From contig DUVH01000035.1 in the NCBI GenBank assembly GCA_012841145.1, positions 8,507 through 72,506 of the forward strand: a DNA stretch of 64,000 nt, given 5' to 3'. This DNA comes from Clostridiaceae bacterium (GTDB lineage: Bacteria > Bacillota > Clostridia > Saccharofermentanales > DTU023). Below the pieces are notes generated by a model that saw only the letters and a program-made list of their open reading frames with translations, searched no databases and had not been told where the DNA came from. The position numbers and the translations under genes were made by a program. Shown in pieces: positions 56,631 to 64,000 of the stretch; position 1 is the stretch's first letter, and the number at the start of each line of letters is the position of its first letter.

Positions 56631-57506
56631 GTGAACACAAGCCGGGACAATAGGACGCGATACGCGATCATGACGGAGTTTGATGGCTCCGCTTTTCACG
56701 GATGGCAGCGACAGAAAAATGCGCCTTCAGTTCAGGCTTGCCTCGAGGATGCCTGGCGATCGCTGACAGGTGAAACGATTTCTTTGCGAGGAGGAAGCCG
56801 TACGGACGCGGGAGTCTCGGCACTCGGACACGTTTCCGATTTTTCTTCCTCGACATCGATCCCCGCCGATAGAATCGCAAGGGCGTGGAATACGAAGCTG
56901 CCGGAGTCTGTCGCCGTTCGCGCCGCCCAATGTGTGCCTAGCGGTTTTAATGCGCGGTATGATGCGCTCGGTAAGACGTATCGGTATACGATTTTGACGG
57001 GTGAGACGCGTCCGGTTATTAAGCGCCGTACAACGGCGTTCGTACCGGGCGAGCTCAACGTCGATGCCATGCGTTCCGCTCTTGAGTATTTCCGCGGGAC
57101 GCACGATTTTTCATCTTTTATGGATCAGGGGTCACCGACGAAGCGCCCTGTCAGAACATTGCATGATATTCAAATTGATGGTTATGGGGAACTGACGATC
57201 ACGATGACGGGAGACGGCTTTCTTTACCATATGGCACGTATTATCGCGGGGACGCTCGTGTATATCGGACAGGATAAAATATCCGTAAACGAACTTGCTT
57301 ACGTAATCGAAGCTCGTGACAGAGTGTGTGCGGGGCCGACAATGCCTTCCGAGGGTCTCGTGTTGGAGCGCGTATATTTTGCAGCCGATTTGTTCGGCGA
57401 TGACTGCTGGCCGTACGAAGATGAAAGATTCGAGTCAAAGAGAGCGGAACTTCTGTCGAGTGAACGATGGCATCTATCTGACTGTGGCGACATCGCAGAA
57501 GGTTAG
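56631..57506 (+). CDS. truA: tRNA pseudouridine(38-40) synthase
   Basis: YAIMTEFDGSAFHGWQRQ and catalytic GGSRTDAGVSALG. GTG start. Confidence 0.9.
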   Translation: MNTSRDNRTRYAIMTEFDGSAFHGWQRQKNAPSVQACLEDAWRSLTGETISLRGGSRTDAGVSALGHVSDFSSSTSIPADRIARAWNTKLPESVAVRAAQCVPSGFNARYDALGKTYRYTILTGETRPVIKRRTTAFVPGELNVDAMRSALEYFRGTHDFSSFMDQGSPTKRPVRTLHDIQIDGYGELTITMTGDGFLYHMARIIAGTLVYIGQDKISVNELAYVIEARDRVCAGPTMPSEGLVLERVYFAADLFGDDCWPYEDERFESKRAELLSSERWHLSDCGDIAEG

Positions 57507-57577
57507 TGAAGAATGACTGCCCGCCTGAATCGGGCGAACCGCTAAACAACGGTGAAAGCTGAAAGAGAGGTAATAAG

Positions 57578-59038
57578 GTGGAGAAACGTAATGACAGATA
57601 TAACTTGTCGATGCTCACCGACTTTTATGAGATTACCATGTCGAACGGCTATTTCAAAACAGGCATGAAGGACACGATCGCCGTTTTTGATATGTTTTTC
57701 CGAACAGTTCCGCAACGAGGCGGATTCGCCATTATGGCGGGGGTCGAGCAACTCGTCGATTATTTGGAGAATCTTCGGTTCTCGGAAGAAGATCTCGACT
57801 ATTTGAATGGGTTTGGTCTGTTTGAAGAAGATTTCATCGACTACCTTCGTCATTTTGAGTTTGCCTGTGATGTGTGGGCTGTTCCGGAAGGTACACCGAT
57901 TTTCCCGGGCGAGCCGATTGTCAAGGTCAAAGGACCCATAATTCAAGCTCAGATGATCGAGACGATGATTCTGCTGACCATCAATCACCAGAGCCTGATC
58001 GCTACGAAGTCCTCGCGTATTGTTCGTGCCGCGCAAGGACGTCCGATTATGGAGTTCGGAGCTCGGCGTGCACAGGGAGTCGACGGGTCAATGCTCGGCG
58101 CTCGTGCCGCCTACATCGCGGGAGTCGCAGGAACATCATGTACATTCGCCGGTAAGGCGTTTAATATTCCCGCGCTGGGTACGATGGCGCACAGCTGGGT
58201 CCAGGCGTTCGACACTGAATACGAAGCGTTTAAAGCATATGCGATGGCGTACCCCGATGAGTGCCAATTCCTCGTCGATACGTACAATACGCTGAAGAGC
58301 GGTGTGCCCAACGCGATACGCGTCGCAAACGAAATTTTAGAGCCGATGGGGCGCCGATTGAAATCGATTCGCATCGACTCGGGGGATCTTGCCTATCTGT
58401 CAATCAACGCGCGGAAAATGCTCGATGCGGCTGGCATGTTTGACTGTTCCATCACGGTCAGCAGCGCCATTGATGAATATCTTATCCGCGATCTTTTGCA
58501 TCAGGGCGCTAAGATCGATTCGTTCGGTGTCGGTGAGCGCCTGATCACCTCGCGTGACGATCCCGTTTTTAATGGTGTCTACAAACTCTCTCTCATTGAG
58601 GAGAACGGTATCGCCGAGCCGCGCATGAAACTCTCCGATAACCCCGAAAAAGTGACGAATCCCGGGGAAAAGCAAGTTTATCGTCTCTACAACAAAGAGA
58701 CAGGTTTTGTGGAGGCCGATCTGATTGTGCTCGTCCATGAGACGATCGACGAGTCGAAACCTCTGACTATTTTTGATCCTGAACACACATGGAAGCGTAA
58801 AACACTGTACGATTTCAGGGCGGAACTGCTGCTACAGCCGATTTTCGTCAAGGGTAAATCGTGCTATCAGGCGCGTGATATAGAAGAGATTAGAGAGTAT
58901 TGCCGTGCGCAACTTGACACTTTGTGGGATTCGATTAAACGCTTTGAGAACCCGCAGGAGTATTACGTCGATCTTTCGCAAGAGCTTTGGGCTTTGAAGG
59001 AGAGTTTCCTTCACGGCGAGATAGAACTCAAAGGATAA
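57578..59038 (+). CDS. pncB: Nicotinate phosphoribosyltransferase
   Basis: LTDFYEITMSNGYF...EFGARRAQG...GTMAHSWVQAF...IRIDSGDLAYLS. Confidence 0.9.
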   Translation: MEKRNDRYNLSMLTDFYEITMSNGYFKTGMKDTIAVFDMFFRTVPQRGGFAIMAGVEQLVDYLENLRFSEEDLDYLNGFGLFEEDFIDYLRHFEFACDVWAVPEGTPIFPGEPIVKVKGPIIQAQMIETMILLTINHQSLIATKSSRIVRAAQGRPIMEFGARRAQGVDGSMLGARAAYIAGVAGTSCTFAGKAFNIPALGTMAHSWVQAFDTEYEAFKAYAMAYPDECQFLVDTYNTLKSGVPNAIRVANEILEPMGRRLKSIRIDSGDLAYLSINARKMLDAAGMFDCSITVSSAIDEYLIRDLLHQGAKIDSFGVGERLITSRDDPVFNGVYKLSLIEENGIAEPRMKLSDNPEKVTNPGEKQVYRLYNKETGFVEADLIVLVHETIDESKPLTIFDPEHTWKRKTLYDFRAELLLQPIFVKGKSCYQARDIEEIREYCRAQLDTLWDSIKRFENPQEYYVDLSQELWALKESFLHGEIELKG

Positions 59039-59039
59039 T

Positions 59040-59897
59040 ATGATGAAATTTGTTGAAACACATAACCACTTGACAGGTTGGTCGCCCGACGCGCGGCAGA
59101 CATTTGATGAGCTCGAAGCCATTTCCATCGAAAGGGGATTGCACGGGTTCGCCATTTCCGATCATCACGATCTCGATGTCTTGACGACGGAGAAAAACCC
59201 TTGGGAAGTGGATGTTGCCTCTTACGTCGAAACTTTTTACGATCGTCGCAGGATGCCTTCAAAACGAAGTGCAGGCGATAAGCCGGGATTTCTATTGTCT
59301 TTGGAACTCGGTTGGACTCCGCACAACGGTGCACAGCTGAGAGAAGTTGACGAACAGTATCCCTTTGATTATACGATCGTTGCCGTTCACTTTTATGATG
59401 GGTATGATCCATATCTTCATAAAGATAAGATTTATACACGGGATTTTAATAAACTCTATACAAGTACTATTGACATGATCGAGCAATCGGCGCGAGAACT
59501 TTCCGGTTCACGTATCGTGGCGCATTACGACTACTTTTCGCGCTATGCGCCGGAAGAAAAATCAAAGATGCTCTACAAGCACACTCCCGATTCATTCGAT
59601 AAACTCTTTCGAACGATGCGTGATAACGAACAAATTCTCGAGATCAATACGGGGACGATCGAAGCTTTGATCAGAGATAAAGGTTACACGTTGGAAGAGG
59701 CGATGCCGGATTCGGATGTCCTGATCAGATACCGTGAGTTGGGCGGACGATTCCTGACGGTCGCGTCGGACGCTCACCGCGTAGAGCAGAACGGCCGTTA
59801 CGTGAAGGACACGATTGCCTATCTGAATAGTCTCGGTTTTGAGGAGTTCGCCTGGTTTGAAGAAAGAGAGCTTCACTACAGTCGGATTGTACTTTGA
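59040..59897 (+). CDS. PHP-domain phosphoesterase (histidinol-phosphatase HisJ family)
   Basis: N-terminal ETHNHL metal motif, ISDHHD, and C-terminal ASDAHR. Confidence 0.75.
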   Translation: MMKFVETHNHLTGWSPDARQTFDELEAISIERGLHGFAISDHHDLDVLTTEKNPWEVDVASYVETFYDRRRMPSKRSAGDKPGFLLSLELGWTPHNGAQLREVDEQYPFDYTIVAVHFYDGYDPYLHKDKIYTRDFNKLYTSTIDMIEQSARELSGSRIVAHYDYFSRYAPEEKSKMLYKHTPDSFDKLFRTMRDNEQILEINTGTIEALIRDKGYTLEEAMPDSDVLIRYRELGGRFLTVASDAHRVEQNGRYVKDTIAYLNSLGFEEFAWFEERELHYSRIVL

Positions 59898-59974
59898 GTC
59901 TAATAATGACGGGCAAGCGGGTAGGATTTCAGAGTTTCCACAAAGTGTGACATTCAAAATATGGAGTGTAATAC

Positions 59975-60580
59975 ATGCGCATTGAATACATGGATATCGT
60001 TTTGCGCGATTATAAGAGGGAAGATATTGAAGATGACATTCGGTGGATGACTGTAGAGACAGCTTGGTCTGATTGGGATGCTCCTTGGGAAACGAAAAGA
60101 GATATAAGAACATTCGACCAAGATGAATTCACTAAAAAGGCATTGAAGAGATTATCGGCGAGAAAAAATGATCATGATTTTCGATGGGCATTTGAAATAG
60201 ATACGAAAGATGGCGTTCATATAGGCGGCGTAAACTGCTATCTGAATGATAAAGAGTTTAACTGGAAGTCCCGATCTGAAGGCGGTTGCTTACATACGCT
60301 TGGTATAGAAATCTGTGAATCATCGTATTGGTACAAAGGATTAGGTACGCAAGCCTTCGCGGCATTTATCCAATACTATCTGTCTCGCGGAATTGACGAT
60401 TTGTATACAGAAACTTGGTCCGGCAATGATCCAATGATAGCGGTGGCAGAAAAACTTGGGTTTGAGGTGTGCCGAGTTGATGAGAACTATAGAAAAGTAA
60501 ATGGAAAGCTTTATGACGGGTTGATTTTTAAATTGAATGTGGAGAAATTTCACGATTATTTAAATAATCTGATTATATAA
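59975..60580 (+). CDS. GNAT-family N-acetyltransferase
   Basis: The acetyl-CoA motif region ICESSYWYKGLGTQAFAAFIQYYL and the ~200-aa length fit RimJ/RimL-like GNATs. Confidence 0.7.
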   Translation: MRIEYMDIVLRDYKREDIEDDIRWMTVETAWSDWDAPWETKRDIRTFDQDEFTKKALKRLSARKNDHDFRWAFEIDTKDGVHIGGVNCYLNDKEFNWKSRSEGGCLHTLGIEICESSYWYKGLGTQAFAAFIQYYLSRGIDDLYTETWSGNDPMIAVAEKLGFEVCRVDENYRKVNGKLYDGLIFKLNVEKFHDYLNNLII

Positions 60581-60590
60581 AATCGCAAAA

Positions 60591-60620
60591 AATAACTGGC
60601 TGTTTCCAGCCAGTTATTTG
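60591..60620. terminator. Bidirectional hairpin terminator between the convergent GNAT and yegP-like genes
   Basis: AATAACTGGCT / AGCCAGTTATT, an 11-bp stem. It is flanked by AAAAAA upstream and TTTG downstream. Confidence 0.7.
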
Positions 60621-60639
60621 TCAACGTGAGAAGTAGAGT

Positions 60640-61017
60640 TTATTCTTCCATCTCAATTTCCGGATCTACTGCATTCTTACGTACGGATTCTATGCCGTTT
60701 AGGCAACCTGCCATAGCTGTGTAACCCTCACTGACTGCTATAATCTGTCCGTTTCTCGCCTTCAGACGGAAACGAAATTCGCCGGCTTTGTCCGTATAAA
60801 TCTCGAATTTCGGATTTGTTTCCACTTTGAAACCGGGAACTGTCTGATCTTCAAGATTGGCTATCGGAGCATTGACGCTGACGCTGTTAATGCCCTTTTT
60901 GCAAGATTCAAGAGTGTTATAAACTTCGGATGTAGCGATTACTTGGCCGTTTGGCGCTTTGAGATTAAAGATGAAGCCGGAGCCATCTTTTGTGGTTTTA
61001 ACCTGATATTTTCCCAT
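60640..61017 (-). CDS. YegP-family (tandem DUF1508) protein
   Basis: ATG at 61017 follows AAGGAGGT. Two copies of the F(R)F.LKA.NGQ(V/I)IA.SE.Y....C..GI.SV pattern. Confidence 0.8.
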   Translation of the reverse strand: MGKYQVKTTKDGSGFIFNLKAPNGQVIATSEVYNTLESCKKGINSVSVNAPIANLEDQTVPGFKVETNPKFEIYTDKAGEFRFRLKARNGQIIAVSEGYTAMAGCLNGIESVRKNAVDPEIEMEE

Positions 61018-61106
61018 CGTAATATACCTCCTTCGTATCACAAAGTTCTGTGACAATGATTTATATATACATTAATCATAATTGACAATACGGATGAATG
61101 CAATAA

Positions 61107-61625
61107 TTAATCAAACGAACTTTGAGTCGCAGCATCCAATTTCCAAACGCCGCCCCTCTCGCTGAGCACGATCGCGAACGATACGTCGTTGTCGTCTTCG
61201 GCATACCATGAATACGTACGACCGGGCCATTGTTCATTATAATAATAGTAAGTGGCATCAACCCCGATATGCTCTGCGACATCCTCATAAGTGTAGTCGG
61301 CAAACTTGGTCCCGGCAAACATGCTACGTCCTTCAAGCCATTCCTTCGCAGTCTCTCTTAAGGTCTCTACAGACGCTTTTTTGTCCTCCGACATGGGCTG
61401 AAGCTCGGTGGATTCGTAGTCCAGATTATACGGATTTTTCTCGGCAGCGGAGTCACTGGCTTCACTGGGTTCACCGGTTTCACTGGGTTTACCGGCTTCA
61501 CTGGGTTTACTGGTTTCACTGGCTTTGCTGGCTTCACTGACTTGACTGGAATCACCTTTGTCGCCACAGGCAACGAGCCCAACTATGAGCAGGATGCTGA
61601 GGATAATAATTGCAAACTTTTTCAT
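61107..61625 (-). CDS. Lipoprotein, paralog 1 (SEAGKP-type hexapeptide repeats plus a conserved uncharacterised ~120-aa domain)
   Basis: Lipobox [33 protein letters not shown]. About 5 hexapeptide units. Confidence 0.8.
   Translation of the reverse strand: MKKFAIIILSILLIVGLVACGDKGDSSQVSEASKASETSKPSEAGKPSETGEPSEASDSAAEKNPYNLDYESTELQPMSEDKKASVETLRETAKEWLEGRSMFAGTKFADYTYEDVAEHIGVDATYYYYNEQWPGRTYSWYAEDDNDVSFAIVLSERGGVWKLDAATQSSFD
61455..61545 (-). repeat. In-frame 18-bp tandem repeat (about 5 units) inside lipoprotein paralog 1
   Basis: The plus strand reads ...GGCTTCACTGGGTTCACC GGTTTCACTGGGTTTACC GGCTTCACTGGGTTTACT GGTTTCACTGGCTTTGCT GGCTTCACTGAC... Confidence 0.85.
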
Positions 61626-61769
61626 GATTATTCCTCCTTTTAACATTCATGAAATCTTTACAATGTGTCTAAAACTTTTCCTCATCCGAGGATTGGATTT
61701 GGGGCATAATTCCTATATATATTAGTTATAATCGATAGTTACAATCGATAATACAGGTGAATGCAATAA

Positions 61770-62321
61770 TTAATCAAACGGATCTACCGTCATAGCAGCC
61801 AATTTCCAAACGCCGCCCGACTCAGCGAACACGAGAAATAACGATACGCTGTCGTCGTCGGCATACCATATGTACTCCCGACCGGGCCATTGATCATTAT
61901 AAAAATATTGAGTGGCATCAACCCCGATATGTTCTGCGACATCCTCATAAGTGTAGTCGGCGTACTTGGACCTGACAAAAATGCTATCCTCTTCAATCAA
62001 TTCCGTCGCAGTCTCTTTTAAGGTCTTTGCAGACGCTTTTTTGTCCTCCGACATGGGCTGAAACAGGTCGGATTCGTAGTCCAGATTGTACGGATTTTTC
62101 TCAGCAGCGGCGTCACCGGCTTCACTGGCGTCACCGGCTTCACTGGGTTCACCGGCTTCACCGGGTTCACTGGCTTCACTGGGTTCACCGGCTTCACTGG
62201 GTTTACCGGCTTCACTGGGTTTACTGGCTTCACTGACTTGACTGGAATCACTTTTACCGCCACAGGCAACGAGCCCTACTATGAGCAGGATGCCGATAAT
62301 AACAATTGCAAACTTTTTCAT
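61770..62321 (-). CDS. Lipoprotein, paralog 2 (about 7 hexapeptide units)
   Basis: Lipobox [20 protein letters not shown]. The C-terminal domain is collinear with paralog 1 (NPYNLDYES...[18 protein letters not shown]...GGVWKL). Confidence 0.8.
   Translation of the reverse strand: MKKFAIVIIGILLIVGLVACGGKSDSSQVSEASKPSEAGKPSEAGEPSEASEPGEAGEPSEAGDASEAGDAAAEKNPYNLDYESDLFQPMSEDKKASAKTLKETATELIEEDSIFVRSKYADYTYEDVAEHIGVDATQYFYNDQWPGREYIWYADDDSVSLFLVFAESGGVWKLAAMTVDPFD
62110..62245 (-). repeat. In-frame 18-bp tandem repeat (about 7 units) inside lipoprotein paralog 2
   Basis: GGCTTCACTGG(G/C)(T/G)T(C/T)ACC-type units repeated head to tail. Confidence 0.85.
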
Positions 62322-62900
62322 GATTTTTCCTCCTTTAAACATTCATGAAATCTTTACAATGTGTTCAAAATAATTGATTTCGAAAAACCTTATTTCTTCT
62401 CTAAATTAAAATATTTGTAACTAAAAATTTCAGATTGTGGCAGAAAACACTTGTTAGATATTTGCGATATTGTACCGCAAGGTTTTACTTGTCGGATTTG
62501 CGACTGTACTCATCATCTGCTTTAGTATTACATGATACAAGGGTTCAAAGCCAAAAAACAAATTAAAACTATTGTTGCAATTGTACTTTGAAAATATCAA
62601 AATCGGCTAATTTTAGGCCATCTTTTATCACCCTTTTTGCTTTGATTAACAGATTACAGTATTATTTCCGTTTAGTCAATAGTGTTTTGTATTCTTCGAT
62701 TGCAAAATTAATAGGAGCAAAAATAATAGGAAGGCAAATGCCAAAGCCGTATAATAAAATTAGAAAGGTATACGGATTGAAACCGCTTCAATCTTCCGAT
62801 GAGATTGTTTCCTGCGAGCTGAATTTAATACCGATTAGTAAATAAGTTTTAGAGAGGAATCCATATCTCGTCTCAGGTACAGACTCTCTTTTCGATCAAT

Positions 62901-62942
62901 AAGAAATAAAAATGCCGCAACCACCTCTCGTGATTGCGGCAT
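62901..62942 (-). terminator. Rho-independent terminator of the aminotransferase gene
   Basis: On the minus strand, ATGCCGCAA...TTGCGGCAT (9-bp stem) followed by TTTTATTTCTT. The stem overlaps the stop codon. Confidence 0.7.
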
Positions 62943-64000
62943 TACGTTGTCTTCATTTGTAACGCGTTATTTGATTTATTGTCGCGCTTGAACGATTTTA
63001 GGCACATGTCGAACAATGGCAGTGACGATTTGATGCGGCCAAGGGACACACAATACGATATGCGGAGATAGCCCGGGCATTCAAAGCTCTCTGACGGCAC
63101 GATGAGGAGGTTATAGTTCAGTCTCGCGTAGTCGGAGAAGGCTTGTGCGTCGCCTCCCGGCGCCTCAACAAACATATAAAAAGCACCCTCGGGCTTGACG
63201 CAGTTGTAGCCGACTTCCGTCAGTCCTTCGTACATCGTCTGTCGATTGAGATCGTACGAGGCGAGGTCGGGCTTTACATCGACGCAAAGTTTGATGACTC
63301 GCTGTATCAATGAGGGAGCGCAGACGTATCCGAGCGATCGCGCCGAGCCGGCGATGGCGTCGCAGATTTCACGTGCGGCATCGGCTTCCGGATGGACGAG
63401 AGCGTATCCGATACGCTCTCCGGGCATGGAGAACGCTTTGCTGTAAGAGTAGCAGACGATCGTGTTTTTGTAGATATTTGGTATGAACGGCGTGACCGCA
63501 CCGTCGTAAACGAGCTCTCGATACGGCTCATCGGAGACGATGTAGATGGGGCGACCTATTTCACGCGCTTTCCTGTGCAGAAGATCGGCGAGATCTGCCA
63601 GCTCCTCCGTCTTATAAATGCGCCCCGTCGGGTTGTTGGGCGAATTCAAGATGATCCCGCGTGTCGCAGGCGTGATGGCAGCTTCAATTCCCTCAAGCGA
63701 AATGCCGAAATCAGGAAATTTCGGAGGGACGACGATGAGCTTCGCGCCGTGTCCTTCCACGTAACATACGTATTCAGGGAAATACGGAGCCAGTGTGATG
63801 AACTCATTTTTCTCACCCGTAATTGACAGCGCACGAAACGTGATCGATAGGGCGGCAGAGGCGCCGCACGTCACATAAATCGAACTTTCATCGTACGAAC
63901 ATCCGTATTCACGGTTTATTTGCTCAACGATCGCTTTTCTGACCTCGAGATCGCCGGGGGCGCTCGTATAACCGTGCAGCGTGAGCGGGTCACTCTCTTT
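62942..64000 (-). CDS. Class I/II PLP-dependent aminotransferase; 5' end lies beyond the window
   Basis: PLP-lysine motif CYSYSKAFSMPGERIGY. The frame stays open upstream of the track start (GTG 63874) to base 64000: KESDPLTLHGYTSAPGDLEVRKAIVEQINREYGCSYDESSIYVTCGAS. Confidence 0.85.
   Translation of the reverse strand, partial: KESDPLTLHGYTSAPGDLEVRKAIVEQINREYGCSYDESSIYVTCGASAALSITFRALSITGEKNEFITLAPYFPEYVCYVEGHGAKLIVVPPKFPDFGISLEGIEAAITPATRGIILNSPNNPTGRIYKTEELADLADLLHRKAREIGRPIYIVSDEPYRELVYDGAVTPFIPNIYKNTIVCYSYSKAFSMPGERIGYALVHPEADAAREICDAIAGSARSLGYVCAPSLIQRVIKLCVDVKPDLASYDLNRQTMYEGLTEVGYNCVKPEGAFYMFVEAPGGDAQAFSDYARLNYNLLIVPSESFECPGYLRISYCVSLGRIKSSLPLFDMCLKSFKRDNKSNNALQMKTT

Noticed and set aside
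61208-62269. ORFs translating as [13 protein letters not shown] or [11 protein letters not shown]
   Set aside because: They are other-frame or other-strand readings of the 18-bp tandem repeats. The lipoprotein frame has the lipobox, the RBS and a conserved C-terminal domain.
62588-62845. 85-aa ORF in the AT-rich gap
   Set aside because: It has no RBS at its 5' end and a low-complexity hydrophobic N-terminus in AT-rich DNA. Only the distal 35 codons have a plausible RBS (see findings).

Overview
This 64 kb window looks like chromosomal DNA from a moderately high-GC Gram-positive anaerobe. Gene order and protein families are Clostridia-like, but that assignment is an inference. About 80% is housekeeping. 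The core blocks are hprK-murB-rapZ-whiA, htrA, rpmE-DUF1385-prmC-prfA-sua5, rpsF-ssb-rpsR, rplI-dnaB-tilS-hpt-ftsH, murC, a complete S10-spc-alpha ribosomal cluster (rpsJ to rplQ, with secY, adk, map, infA, rpmJ and rpoA), then ecfA-ecfT-truA, pncB and the 3' part of an aminotransferase gene. Three visibly A+T-rich accessory patches interrupt this core. (1) 1083-4512 holds a membrane-anchored hypothetical protein, a DUF4143 AAA+ ATPase, a perfectly phased 5 x 33-bp repeat array and a truncated GNAT gene. It abuts a CxxC mini-protein / membrane polyferredoxin / TlpA-like lipoprotein redox cluster. (2) 19138-21684 holds a triple-repeat Ltp-type lipoprotein, a stand-alone tRNA-Val(GAC), an HNH endonuclease and an Abi_2 abortive-infection protein. 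(3) 60640-62940 holds a YegP tandem protein, two tandemly duplicated lipoprotein genes with 18-bp in-frame repeats of different copy number, and about 600 bp of AT-rich non-coding DNA. The best candidates for undescribed biology are the extracytoplasmic redox trio, the tRNA-linked anti-phage islet, the 33-bp phased repeat array, an HTH-XRE::GIN beta-helix fusion paired with a DUF4438 gene, and two gene fusions (Sua5::LMW-PTP and EcfA1::EcfA2). I found no CRISPR array, rRNA, transposase or integrase. All family names come from reading the translated ORFs by eye and need HMM or BLAST confirmation.
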